A stretch of 64,000 nt of DNA, taken from NCBI GenBank assembly GCA_050117845.1, contig JASFLY010000003.1, positions 24,851 to 88,850 on the forward strand, read 5' to 3'. The notes beneath the pieces are model-generated. The model saw only the letters and a list, made by a program, of their open reading frames with translations. It ran no database searches and had not been told where the DNA came from. The DNA is from Candidatus Zixiibacteriota bacterium (GTDB lineage: Bacteria > RBG-13-66-14 > B26-G2 > WVWN01). Positions 37,911-46,999 of this stretch are shown piece by piece; within the stretch, counting starts at the first letter, position 1, and the number at the start of each line of letters is the position of its first letter. The translations under genes and the position numbers were made by a program.

Positions 37911-39842
37911 CTACAGCAGCACGAACGCGGCCACGAGAATGGCGACGACGCCGCACGCCAGGACTATTAAATATTCCTGAACGTAACCGGTCTGGACGCG
38001 CCGGAACACCTTGCCGAAGCCCTGCGTAATCCAACCGGCGAAGTTGACCAGGCCGTCGACGACGGCGAGGTCGAACCAGCCCTTGAAGCGGGCCCACAGG
38101 ATAGTCAATTTGGCCGAGCCGTTCACGGCCCCGTCTATGACATAGGTGTCGAAGAGGCCCCACATCCGGGCGAAAACGATAGTCCCCTTGACGAAGAGGA
38201 AGTTATACACCTCGTCGAAGTAGTATTTGTGTTCGAGGACGGTCGCCACCGGCCGGAAGGTCTTGTAAATCTTCTCCACCGGGAACAGCTTGCGTTTGTA
38301 CAAGGCCCAGGCGAGCGCGATGCCGCCGAGCGCCAGCACGAGCGACGCGCCCATCGCGGCGTAGTTTACGCCGTGGTGGCCGTGGCCGTGCATCTCGAAA
38401 CCGGCCCACCCGGCGAAACCGGGCCCCACGCCGGGGATGCCTATCCACCCCGCGACTACCGCGAGGACGCACAGGAACACCATCGGCCCGACCATGCTCA
38501 CGGGCGACTCGTGCGCGTGCGACGCCTTCTCCCGCGGCGAGCCGGTGAAGGTCATGAATATCGCCCGGAACATGTAGAACGCCGTCAGGAAGACGGTGAA
38601 GAACGCGGCGAATATCAGGTACCAGCCGCCGTGGCCGGCAACGGCCGAGAGTATTTCGTCCTTGGAGAAGAAGCCCGAAAGCGGCGGCACGCCCGCCAGC
38701 GCGAGCGACGCGACGACGAAGGTAATCGCCGTCCCCTTCATCTTGCCGCCCAGGCCCCCCATCTCGCGCATGTCGTTGGTGTGGCAGGCGTGGATGACGG
38801 AGCCGGCGCCGAGGAACAGCAGCGCCTTAAAGAAGGCGTGCGTGAAGAGGTGGAAGATGCCGGCGGCCGCGCTGCCGCAACCGAGCGCCAGCATCATGTA
38901 GCCGAGCTGGCTGATAGTGGAGTACGCCAGGACGCGTTTGATGTCCACCTGGACCACGGCGATGGTCGCCGCCATGAGGGCCGTCGTCGCGCCGACGTAG
39001 GCCACGACCTCCGAGGCCTGGCCGGCGGCCATGAATATGGGGAACGACCGCGCCACGAGGTAAACGCCGGCGGCCACCATCGTGGCGGCGTGGATGAGGG
39101 CGCTGACGGGCGTCGGGCCCTCCATCGCGTCGGGCAGCCAGACGTGTAGCGGGACCTGGGCCGATTTGCCGACGGCGCCCGCGAAGATGAGGAGCGCGAT
39201 GGCCGTTATCATCGCCGGGGCCAAGGCGCCGTGTTCCACCAGGCCGAAGACGCTCGCGAAGTGGAATGTCCCCGTAACCGCGAACATCAGCAGTATGCCG
39301 ATAAGGAGGCCCACGTCGCCGAGACGCGTGGTGATGAAGGCCTTCATGCCGGCGTTGGCCGCCTCCGGCTTTTCGAACCAGAAGCCGATGAGGAGATAGG
39401 AGGTAAGGCCGACCAGTTCCCAGAAGATGAACGCCTGGAGGTAGTTGTTCGCGAGGACCAGGCCCAGCATCGCCATCGAGAAGAGGTTGAGGTAGGAGAA
39501 GTAGCGGCCGTAGAGCTTGTCGCCCTTCATGTATCCGGTCGAGTAAATGTGGACCATGAAGGACACGGTGGCGACGACGACCGCCATGATGCCGCCGAAG
39601 CGGTCCAACTGGTAACCGAAGGCCAACGTCACGTCGCCGAGCTGGAGCCACGTGAACGAGAAGTCGCCGCCCTCGCCCAACAGAATACGGACGAGCAGCG
39701 TCACGGCCGCGGCGAACGATACTCCCAGCGCCGCAATGGGCGCGATGGCCGCTTTCGGTTCGCCGAGTCGCTTGCCCCAGAACACGGCGATGAGGAACCC
39801 GACGAGCGGGGCGAAGTTAACTATTAATGCCAGCCAGACCAT
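37911..39842 (-). CDS. nuoL: NADH-quinone oxidoreductase subunit L
   Basis: 643 aa; …HLFTHAFFKALLFLGAGSVIHA…, with the long C-terminal extension typical of NuoL. Confidence 0.9.
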   Translation of the reverse strand: MVWLALIVNFAPLVGFLIAVFWGKRLGEPKAAIAPIAALGVSFAAAVTLLVRILLGEGGDFSFTWLQLGDVTLAFGYQLDRFGGIMAVVVATVSFMVHIYSTGYMKGDKLYGRYFSYLNLFSMAMLGLVLANNYLQAFIFWELVGLTSYLLIGFWFEKPEAANAGMKAFITTRLGDVGLLIGILLMFAVTGTFHFASVFGLVEHGALAPAMITAIALLIFAGAVGKSAQVPLHVWLPDAMEGPTPVSALIHAATMVAAGVYLVARSFPIFMAAGQASEVVAYVGATTALMAATIAVVQVDIKRVLAYSTISQLGYMMLALGCGSAAAGIFHLFTHAFFKALLFLGAGSVIHACHTNDMREMGGLGGKMKGTAITFVVASLALAGVPPLSGFFSKDEILSAVAGHGGWYLIFAAFFTVFLTAFYMFRAIFMTFTGSPREKASHAHESPVSMVGPMVFLCVLAVVAGWIGIPGVGPGFAGWAGFEMHGHGHHGVNYAAMGASLVLALGGIALAWALYKRKLFPVEKIYKTFRPVATVLEHKYYFDEVYNFLFVKGTIVFARMWGLFDTYVIDGAVNGSAKLTILWARFKGWFDLAVVDGLVNFAGWITQGFGKVFRRVQTGYVQEYLIVLACGVVAILVAAFVLL

Positions 39843-39845
39843 ATC

Positions 39846-40454
39846 TTATTCGTTCTCCAGGGGGGCCTCGGCCCCGCCTTCGGGGGTATTGTTATCCTGT
39901 CCCGGATGGATTCTTAAAGACCGTTCAAACGACCTTATCGGTTCCGAGGTATCGCCCTCCGGCGCGATTGGGCGGAAAACCTCGACCCGATATAGCGTTC
40001 CGTTAACCGTCAAGAATAACGCGGTTACCCGGCGCGGCTCCTCCCCCTTCGTTATATAATCCACTCGAACGCCGTCCTGAGCGCCTATCCGGGCGAGGTC
40101 TTCTTCGGTTAAAAGCCCGGCCCGGGCCTCGAACGCTTTATCTATCCCTCGGCGCCGCTGGTACAGGCCGGCCGCTATAACCGGCGTCTCGTACGTCACG
40201 TTTCGGGCGGTGATTAAGAACTCCAGCCCCGCGTAAGGCCCGTCGGCCCAAAATAAACGGAGAACGCGGGTCGTACTACCCGGCGCCGGAGCCGGCGTTT
40301 CCTCTTCGTAACCGGCCGGCACGTCGAACGAAACGCCCAGATCGTCGCTTCGGTACGGTGGGGTTTGTTCCACGGCGTACGCCGGGGCGCAAGGCGCCGT
40401 AACCGCACACAAAGCCGCGGCCGCCGCGGCCGTCTTTATCCACCCACCCGTCAA
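39846..40454 (-). CDS. Secreted hypothetical protein (202 aa) embedded between nuoK and nuoL
   Basis: Signal peptide MTGGWIKTAAAAAALCAVTAPCAPAYA; 3-nt gaps to nuoK and to nuoL; no domain recognised. Confidence 0.5.
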   Translation of the reverse strand: MTGGWIKTAAAAAALCAVTAPCAPAYAVEQTPPYRSDDLGVSFDVPAGYEEETPAPAPGSTTRVLRLFWADGPYAGLEFLITARNVTYETPVIAAGLYQRRRGIDKAFEARAGLLTEEDLARIGAQDGVRVDYITKGEEPRRVTALFLTVNGTLYRVEVFRPIAPEGDTSEPIRSFERSLRIHPGQDNNTPEGGAEAPLENE

Positions 40455-40457
40455 ACC

Positions 40458-40769
40458 TTAACCGCGTAACTCGCGGAGGTCGTCAATGGCGACGGTCCCC
40501 CGCGACCGGTATATTGCCAATATCAACGCCAGCCCCACGACCGCCTCGGCCGCGGCGACGGTAATAACGAAAATCGAGAACACCTGGCCGTCCAGCATCG
40601 CCGGCCCGTAAATCCGGTCGAACGTAACCAGCGCCACGTTAACGGCGTTCAGCATCAGCTCGATGCCCATGAGTATGCCGATGGCGTTGCGCCGGGTCAG
40701 GGCGACCAGCAGGCCGATGCCGAAGAGGAGCAGCGAAACACCCAGGAAATGAAGCGGCGTGATAGCCAT
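40458..40769 (-). CDS. nuoK: NADH-quinone oxidoreductase subunit K
   Basis: 103 aa, 3 TM helices; …GILMGIELMLNAVNVALV…. Confidence 0.9.
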   Translation of the reverse strand: MAITPLHFLGVSLLLFGIGLLVALTRRNAIGILMGIELMLNAVNVALVTFDRIYGPAMLDGQVFSIFVITVAAAEAVVGLALILAIYRSRGTVAIDDLRELRG

Positions 40770-41278
40770 TATTTCCGCTCCTCCTTACGGGCCAGGACGA
40801 TAGCGCCGATGAGAGCGCCCAGAAGCAAGAGAGAGATTACCTCGAAAGGCAACAGGTACGTGGAGAGGAGGGCCGAGGCCAACGCCTCGATGGCCCCCTC
40901 GCCGTCCGGTACGGCCGCCAACGGCGGCAGGTCCACCTTCCACATAACCAGGGCCGACGCGGCCGCGAGCGCCAGGAGGACCGGTATCGCGGGCAAAATC
41001 GCCCGGGTGTACTGCTTGACCCGGCGGGAAGTTATCCGCTGGGTCAACATTACGGCGAAAAGTATCAGCACGGCGATGGCGCCCACGTAAATCAGAACCT
41101 GGACGCCCGCCAGGAACTCCGCCCCCAAAAGGACGAAGAGCGAGGCCACCGCGCACAGCGCCAGTATCAAACTCAGGCCGGCGTGGAAAAGGTTGCGCAG
41201 GAACAGCACGCCCAGCGCGCTCAGGAGCGCGACGCCCGCGACGCCGTAAAAAGCTATTATATAAATCCAATCGGTCAT
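40769..41278 (-). CDS. nuoJ: NADH-quinone oxidoreductase subunit J
   Basis: 169 aa polytopic protein with NuoJ-like sequence. Confidence 0.85.
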   Translation of the reverse strand: MTDWIYIIAFYGVAGVALLSALGVLFLRNLFHAGLSLILALCAVASLFVLLGAEFLAGVQVLIYVGAIAVLILFAVMLTQRITSRRVKQYTRAILPAIPVLLALAAASALVMWKVDLPPLAAVPDGEGAIEALASALLSTYLLPFEVISLLLLGALIGAIVLARKEERK

Positions 41279-41299
41279 TTTCTCTATACCCGGGCGGTT

Positions 41300-41830
41300 T
41301 TAAACGTCGTCGGGTTCCATCCATTCCACTACGTAACGGTTAACTTCGGCGTTTTCGGCTCGATTGTCCAGGACCGTAACTCGCACGTTTAAGGCCCCGA
41401 GACCCGTGAAGCCCGCCGTTAAAACGCCCCGAATGAATTCGACGCTTCTAATAATCGAGGAATCTTTAATAACCAAACGGCCCGGCCTGTATTCTTCGAC
41501 GACGTATTCCCCGGTCCCCGGTCCCCGCACGAAATGGGGATATACGCTCGCTACCTTCTCGGCGAAAGCCCCCGTCGACGTTATACCCAATTCCCTAAGT
41601 TCGGACGTTACTACGTTGGTCAACTCGTTGCCCATAATAACCAACGCCTGCGGCGATATATGTTCGAGTAAGTATTCTAACGTCGCGACGTACGGCTCCC
41701 CTTCATACCACCCGTTCGGGTCGAACTCCCTTTCGAAATATCCCCCCAGGTCGGGCCTTACGATATCCGCGATATGGGGAAATACGTTTTTTATACCCTG
41801 GTATAAAGCGCCCCGGACTTCGATTGCCAT
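41300..41830 (-). CDS. Paralog 1 of a tandem family of ~175-aa cytoplasmic proteins of unknown function
   Basis: MAIEVRGALYQGIKNVFPHIADIVRPDLGGYFEREFDPNGWYEGEPYVATLEYLLEHISPQALVIMGNELTNV…FAEKVASVYPHFVRGPGTGEYVVEEYRPGRLVIKD…LNVRVTVLDNRAENAEVNRYVVEWMEPDDV. The ATG is directly preceded by GGAGG; the track extends the ORF to a GTG at 41881. Confidence 0.6.
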   Translation of the reverse strand: MAIEVRGALYQGIKNVFPHIADIVRPDLGGYFEREFDPNGWYEGEPYVATLEYLLEHISPQALVIMGNELTNVVTSELRELGITSTGAFAEKVASVYPHFVRGPGTGEYVVEEYRPGRLVIKDSSIIRSVEFIRGVLTAGFTGLGALNVRVTVLDNRAENAEVNRYVVEWMEPDDV

Positions 41831-41973
41831 CCTCCTCGCTGCGTGTTTACCGTAACCGTCCCCCCGCCGGAACCGGCCCACGCCGACGTACGCCCGGGCT
41901 ATTAAAATATCACTTGTTACACAATACTACCTCCCGCCTCTATCCGCGCGTTACCGTAAAAATCTCGACGCTA

Positions 41974-42504
41974 TTAATCGTCGTCGGTTTCCAGCCACTC
42001 CACGAGGTACCTATTCGCTTCCGCACCCGAAGCCCGGTTGTCCAGCAGGATAACCCGCACGTTCAAAGCCCCGAAAACGGAAAAAGTCGCCGCCAGAACT
42101 CCCCTCGTAAATTCGGCGTTCGAAATAATCGAAGACTCCCTCACCACCATACGGCCCGGACGATATTCCTCAACGAGCCATTCACCTGTTTCGGGGCCCC
42201 TTACGAATCGGGGATAGACCTGACCTACTTTTTCCGCAAACGTTCTGATCGACGTTATCCCGAGGTGCTTGAGTTCCTCGGCTATTATGCTAGTTAATTC
42301 CTTCCCCAAAATAACTATCGCTTGAGGCGATATGCGTTAGTATAAATACTCCAACGCCGCTATGTAATACTCCCCTTCATACCACGCGGCCGGGTTGATT
42401 TCACCCTCGAAATGTTTTCCCAACTCGGGCGGTAAAATTTCCGCGATATCGGGAAAAACATTCTTCACACTCTGTAGCAAAACCCCCAAGACCTCGATAG
42501 CGGG
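41974..42504 (-). pseudogene. Paralog 2 of the same family, with an in-frame TAA
   Basis: The C-terminal 111 aa are a track ORF (MGKELTSIIAEEL…YLVEWLETDDD). The upstream in-frame translation reads …PAIEVLGVLLQSVKNVFPDIAEILPPELGKHFEGEINPAAWYEGEYYIAALEYLY*RISPQAIVILGKELTS…, where the conserved LEH is replaced by Y-stop-R (TAA at ~42337–42339). No ATG precedes IEV. Confidence 0.5.
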
Positions 42505-42649
42505 CCACCTCGCTGTTCGTTTACTTCTTCATCCGCTCCAGCAAGTATCGGCATGTCGCACCGGCTCAAGCCCAGCCGTAACACCCCCTATACGCTTCCC
42601 TATCACCCCCCGTGTTTCCCGCCGCCGATTCCGCCCCCACCGAACGCTT

Positions 42650-43180
42650 TTACTTCCCGTCGGCCTCGATCCATTCCACCAGCAACCGGTTATACTCCGC
42701 GCCCTTCGCCCTTTCGTTAAGAACCGTGATCCGGATATTTACGGCGCCGAACACGTTAAACAAAGCTTTTAATACACCCAGTACGAAACTAATATTCCAG
42801 ACTATTCCGGTTTCCCTTACTACCATTCTTCCGGGACGGTACTCCTCCGGAAACCACCCGCCGGCCCCCGGGCCCCGTACGAATTGGGGATAAAGTTCGG
42901 CCACTTTCTCCGCGAAGTCCCGCGTCGTTTTAATCCCCGTCGCCCACATCATCGCCTTCCCCACTTCGGTCAACTCGTTCCCCAACAACACCATTGCCTG
43001 CGGCGAAATGTGTTCCAGCAAGTATTCCACCGCCGCTACGTACGGTTCACCCTCATACCACGCGGCCGGGTCGATTTCTCTTTCGAAGTATTCCCCGAGT
43101 TCCGGCGGCACTATTTCCGCGATATGAGGGAATACGTTCTTTATTGCCTGGTAGAATACGCCCCGTACTTCGATTTCTGC
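42650..43180 (-). CDS. Paralog 3 of the same family; the conserved N-terminus lacks a canonical start codon
   Basis: Full in-frame similarity runs from AEIEVRGVFYQAIKNVFPHIAEIVPPELGEYFEREIDPAAWYEGEPYVAAVEYLLEHISPQAMVLLGNELTEV… to …EYNRLLVEWIEADGK. The track ORF starts at an internal GTG (VPPELG). The paralog-4 stop lies immediately upstream, and an aaggggg SD-like element sits 5 nt before an ATC codon. Confidence 0.5.
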   Translation of the reverse strand, partial: AEIEVRGVFYQAIKNVFPHIAEIVPPELGEYFEREIDPAAWYEGEPYVAAVEYLLEHISPQAMVLLGNELTEVGKAMMWATGIKTTRDFAEKVAELYPQFVRGPGAGGWFPEEYRPGRMVVRETGIVWNISFVLGVLKALFNVFGAVNIRITVLNERAKGAEYNRLLVEWIEADGK

Positions 43181-43195
43181 CCCCTTTCGCGTGCG

Positions 43196-43720
43196 CTACG
43201 CCATTATCCACTCCATCAGGTAACGGTCGGCCCCGCCTTCCCCGCTCCGCGTATCGATCATTTCGACGCGGATGTTATAAGCTCCCGTAGATTCCAAAGC
43301 CCGCCGCACTATTCCGACGCAAATATCGGGCTGTGCGAAGTCGCCGTCGTAACGCAATATCGACCGGCCTTCGCGGTATTCCTCCAACGTCCAGCCGCCG
43401 CCCTCTCCCCTAACGAATTCGCGGTATACGTCGTTAACCTTTTCCATGAAGTTACGCGGCGTATTAATCCCCAACTCCCGCAACTGCGACTCGAAAAGGT
43501 CGATAAGTCTCGTGCCCACCAGGGCGTTAACGGTCGGGGACATGTGCTTAATTAAATACTCCCGCGCTCGCAGGTACAAGTCCGCCGAATACCAACCGTC
43601 GGCCTTTACTTCCCGGAACAACTTGGCGAGCTCCGGGTCGACGACGTCCCCTAGATGCGGGAATACCCCTTTCACCATAAGGTATAAGACTCCGCGGACT
43701 TCGATTTTGGGCGTCATCAT
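43196..43720 (-). CDS. Paralog 4 (most divergent) of the same family
   Basis: MMTPKIEVRGVLYLMVKGVFPHLGDVVDPELAKLFREVKADGWYSADLYLRAREYLIKHMSPTVNALVGTRLIDL…FMEKVNDVYREFVRGEGGGWTLEEYREGRSILRYD…YNIRVEMIDTRSGEGGADRYLMEWIMA; RBS ggggag 8 nt upstream of ATGATG. Confidence 0.6.
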   Translation of the reverse strand: MMTPKIEVRGVLYLMVKGVFPHLGDVVDPELAKLFREVKADGWYSADLYLRAREYLIKHMSPTVNALVGTRLIDLFESQLRELGINTPRNFMEKVNDVYREFVRGEGGGWTLEEYREGRSILRYDGDFAQPDICVGIVRRALESTGAYNIRVEMIDTRSGEGGADRYLMEWIMA

Positions 43721-43814
43721 CGCGATAGCTCCCCAGGTCGATAGTACCGACGCACGATACCAGGCCGCCTCGCCTCTCCGCTCCTATTCCCGCTCCGGCG
43801 TCCCCCCTTACCCC

Positions 43815-44276
43815 CTATTTCTTAAACTCCGGCTCGAGCTGCCGGGATAACAGCTTCGGTATATCGTACACCAATTCGCGTTTATCGTAAACCGATATCT
43901 CGTATTCCGGAATCATCGCCAGCGCCTCGAAGTTGCACACCTCGACGCAGAGGCCGCAATAGATGCACAGGCCGAGGTCGACGACGTAATCGTCGACGAT
44001 GAAGCCCTTGACGCCTTCTTCCTTGTGGCGGCGGAGCGTGATGCACGCGGCGGGACAAACCCGCAGACACTGGCCGCACGCCGTACACTTGTGGCCGCCG
44101 TCGTCGCCGGGCACCATCGCGAGGCGTCCCCGGAACCGCGGCCACTGCTCGAAGCGCTTCTTCGGATACTGAATAGTAACCGAACGCCGGAGCATGTGTT
44201 TGGTCGTCGTGACCATGCCGATAAAGAGCCACCACGTACCTTTGATTACCCGACCTATGGCGCGAAAAATAATCAT
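43815..44276 (-). CDS. nuoI: NADH-quinone oxidoreductase subunit I (2x[4Fe-4S] ferredoxin)
   Basis: Two CxxCxxCxxxCP motifs (CTACGQCLRVCP and CIYCGLCVEVCN). Confidence 0.9.
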   Translation of the reverse strand: MIIFRAIGRVIKGTWWLFIGMVTTTKHMLRRSVTIQYPKKRFEQWPRFRGRLAMVPGDDGGHKCTACGQCLRVCPAACITLRRHKEEGVKGFIVDDYVVDLGLCIYCGLCVEVCNFEALAMIPEYEISVYDKRELVYDIPKLLSRQLEPEFKK

Positions 44277-44280
44277 ACGT

Positions 44281-45309
44281 CTACATGAGGACTATTATTA
44301 AGCCCGTTATTATCAAATTCAGGAACGCGAGCGGAAGCAGGAACTTCCACGCGAACGACATCAACTGGTCCACTCGAATCCGGGGATACGTCCACCGGAA
44401 GAACATAAGCAGAAGGACGATGGCGAACGACTTGAGCATGAACCAAACTTCGCCCGGCAATACCGGCCCGTGCCACCCGCCCAGGAACAGCGTCGTCGCG
44501 ATGGCCGCGATGAGGAACATATTGGCGAACTCGGCGAGGAAGAACATCGCGAACTTCATGCCCGAGTATTCCAGGTTGAAGCCGGCGATAATCTCCTGCT
44601 CCGCTTCCGGGATGTCGAACGGCGTCCGGTTCACCTCCGCCGTGGCCGCGATGACGTAAATAACGAACGCCAGCGGCTGATAGACGATAAACCATATCGA
44701 CTTCTGCGCGTCGACGATGGCGCCCATCTTCATCGTCCCGGCGAGCATTATGACGCCCAGCACCGAAAGCACCAGCGGCACCTCGTACGATACGAGCTGG
44801 GCCGCGGAGCGGAAGCCGCCGATTATCGAATACTTCGAGCCGGACGCCCATCCCCCGCAGATGATGGCGATGACGTTGATGGTCGTAATCGCAAAGAGGA
44901 AAAGGACGCCGATATTGAGGTCGCGAATAATGGCGCCGTCGCCGAAGGGAATGACGACGAAAGCGACGACGGTGGGCGCGAAGGCCAGGAACGGGGCGAT
45001 GTTGAATACCGGCCTGTCGCAATCGCGGGGCGTGGTGTCCTCTTTCTGGACCAGCTTCAGCGCGTCCGCGACGGTCTGGATGGAGCCGTGCCAGCCCGTG
45101 CGCATGGGCCCCAGCCGCTGTTGGATGTGGGCCGAGACCTTTCGGGTGAGCCAGATGAGGAAGAGGACGAGGAGCGCGATGAAGGCCGCAATCAGAATGG
45201 CGTGCACGACCATCTGGGCCGCCGGCACGAACCAGCCCGGCAGGCCGTAACGGGTTACGACGCCGATCCACCATTCGTTGAGCCAGGATAGTATGGGGTG
45301 AATTATCAT
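44281..45309 (-). CDS. nuoH: NADH-quinone oxidoreductase subunit H
   Basis: 342 aa; …IQQRLGPMRTGWHGSIQTVADALKLVQKED… with NuoH/ND1 motifs. Confidence 0.9.
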   Translation of the reverse strand: MIIHPILSWLNEWWIGVVTRYGLPGWFVPAAQMVVHAILIAAFIALLVLFLIWLTRKVSAHIQQRLGPMRTGWHGSIQTVADALKLVQKEDTTPRDCDRPVFNIAPFLAFAPTVVAFVVIPFGDGAIIRDLNIGVLFLFAITTINVIAIICGGWASGSKYSIIGGFRSAAQLVSYEVPLVLSVLGVIMLAGTMKMGAIVDAQKSIWFIVYQPLAFVIYVIAATAEVNRTPFDIPEAEQEIIAGFNLEYSGMKFAMFFLAEFANMFLIAAIATTLFLGGWHGPVLPGEVWFMLKSFAIVLLLMFFRWTYPRIRVDQLMSFAWKFLLPLAFLNLIITGLIIVLM

Positions 45310-45326
45310 AACGTACGCGCCTGCGC

Positions 45327-46442
45327 CTAGCGGTCCACGTCCGGCAGAATAACGTCCAGCGAGCCGAAGATGGGCACGATGTCGGCCAGGTAAACGCCCC
45401 GCAACAGTTCCGCGATCATCGAGAGGTTGTTGAACGACGGCGTCCGGAGCTTGTAACGGTACGGCTTATTTTCGCCTTCGGAAACGAGGTACAGGCCGTA
45501 GTCGCCGCGGGGCGACTCGACGCGGACGTAAACCTCGCCCGCCGGGACCTTGGGGAACTTCGATATCTTCTCGGCCTGAACCGGCCCTTCCGGCAGGCCC
45601 TCCATACATCGTCTTATAAGGTCGTGCGAGGCGCGCATCTCGAGAATGCGGGCCTGGTAGCGGTCGTAGCAGTCGCCGTTCTTCAAAACTACCGGCTTGT
45701 AGCCGACCTCGCCGTACGCCTCGTACGGGAGATTGGACCGCACGTCGAAGTCCACGCCGGAGGCCCGGAGGTTCGGGCCGGTCCAGCCGTAGTTGACGGC
45801 CCGGGCGCCTTCCACCGTGCCGATGTTCTTGGTCCGGGCCAGGAATATCTCGTTCTCGTTGAGGATGCGGTCGTAGTCGTCCAGCCGGCCGGGGAACACC
45901 TTGATGAACTCCTCCACCATGGTGAAGAAGGAATCCGGCAGGTCCTCCGCGACGCCGCCGAACCGGGCGTAGTTGAAGGTCATCCGCTGACCGGTCGTCA
46001 TCTCCAACAGGTCCATCGCCAGCTCGCGCTCGCGGAAGCCGTAGAGGAAGGGCGTCACGGCGCCCAGGTCGAGCGCGAAGACGCCGAAGTAAATGGCGTG
46101 GGAGGCTATTCGGCACAGCTCCATCGTTATGGTCCGGATGTACTGCGCCCGCCGCGGCACCTCTATCTCCATCAGCCGCTCGACCGCCTGGCAATGGGCG
46201 ACGCCGCAGAAGATGGAACTTAAGTAGTCAATGCGGTCCGCCATCGGCAGGAACTGGATGTAGAGGCGGTTCTCCGCCATCTTCTCCATTGAACGATGGA
46301 GGAAACCGATGTGCGGCTCGCAGTCGACGACGCGCTCGCCGTCCATCGTGAGGACCATGCGGAAGACGCCGTGCGTCGACGGGTGCTGCGGGCCGACGTT
46401 GACCTCGAACTCTTCCGTGGTGTATATCGTATCGGTGGCCAT
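45327..46442 (-). CDS. nuoD: NADH-quinone oxidoreductase subunit D
   Basis: …FEVNVGPQHPSTHGVFRMVLTMDGERVVDCEPHIGFLHRSMEKMAE…. Confidence 0.9.
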   Translation of the reverse strand: MATDTIYTTEEFEVNVGPQHPSTHGVFRMVLTMDGERVVDCEPHIGFLHRSMEKMAENRLYIQFLPMADRIDYLSSIFCGVAHCQAVERLMEIEVPRRAQYIRTITMELCRIASHAIYFGVFALDLGAVTPFLYGFRERELAMDLLEMTTGQRMTFNYARFGGVAEDLPDSFFTMVEEFIKVFPGRLDDYDRILNENEIFLARTKNIGTVEGARAVNYGWTGPNLRASGVDFDVRSNLPYEAYGEVGYKPVVLKNGDCYDRYQARILEMRASHDLIRRCMEGLPEGPVQAEKISKFPKVPAGEVYVRVESPRGDYGLYLVSEGENKPYRYKLRTPSFNNLSMIAELLRGVYLADIVPIFGSLDVILPDVDR

Positions 46443-46457
46443 AGAAACGGGGAGCCT

Positions 46458-46952
46458 TTACTTCCCGGGTTTAACGTCCGGGAACGGGATGTAGTCCTCG
46501 TTCGTAAAGTCCTTGAGGAGCGGGTGGCCGGTGAAGCCCTCCGGCGTCAGGAGGCGCGTCATGTTCGGGTGCCCCTCGAAGGTCACGCCGAAGAGGTCGA
46601 AAACCTCGCGCTCTAGCCAGTCCGCAGCGGCGTAAAGGTGCGTAACCGTCGGGACCGCGGCGCCGGCCCGGGGGACGTCCGCCTTCACCATGAACTCGTG
46701 CTGGTGCTCGTACGAGAAGTACTGGTACACCAGCGTTATCTTCTCGTCCTCCGGGTAGTCCACGGCGCTGATGAACATTAGGAAGTCGCACCCAAGGCCG
46801 GCTTCATCCTTGAGGAAGCGGGCCACCCGGGCGAGCGAGGCCGGCTCGACGCGAACGAAGGGTAACATCCCCTCGCCGTTCACTTCGACGACGGCGTCGC
46901 CGAACGTCTCCTTAAGCCTCGCGGCGATTTTATCGAAAGCGGCGTTACTCAT
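46458..46952 (-). CDS. nuoC: NADH-quinone oxidoreductase subunit C
   Basis: The real start is the ATG at ~46952 (MSNAAFDKIAARLKETFG…); the 338-aa track ORF is a spurious upstream extension. Confidence 0.85.
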   Translation of the reverse strand: MSNAAFDKIAARLKETFGDAVVEVNGEGMLPFVRVEPASLARVARFLKDEAGLGCDFLMFISAVDYPEDEKITLVYQYFSYEHQHEFMVKADVPRAGAAVPTVTHLYAAADWLEREVFDLFGVTFEGHPNMTRLLTPEGFTGHPLLKDFTNEDYIPFPDVKPGK

Positions 46953-46999
46953 ATTTAAACGGTAAAAATTACGCACACGTGAGACGGGGAAAACCCGGT

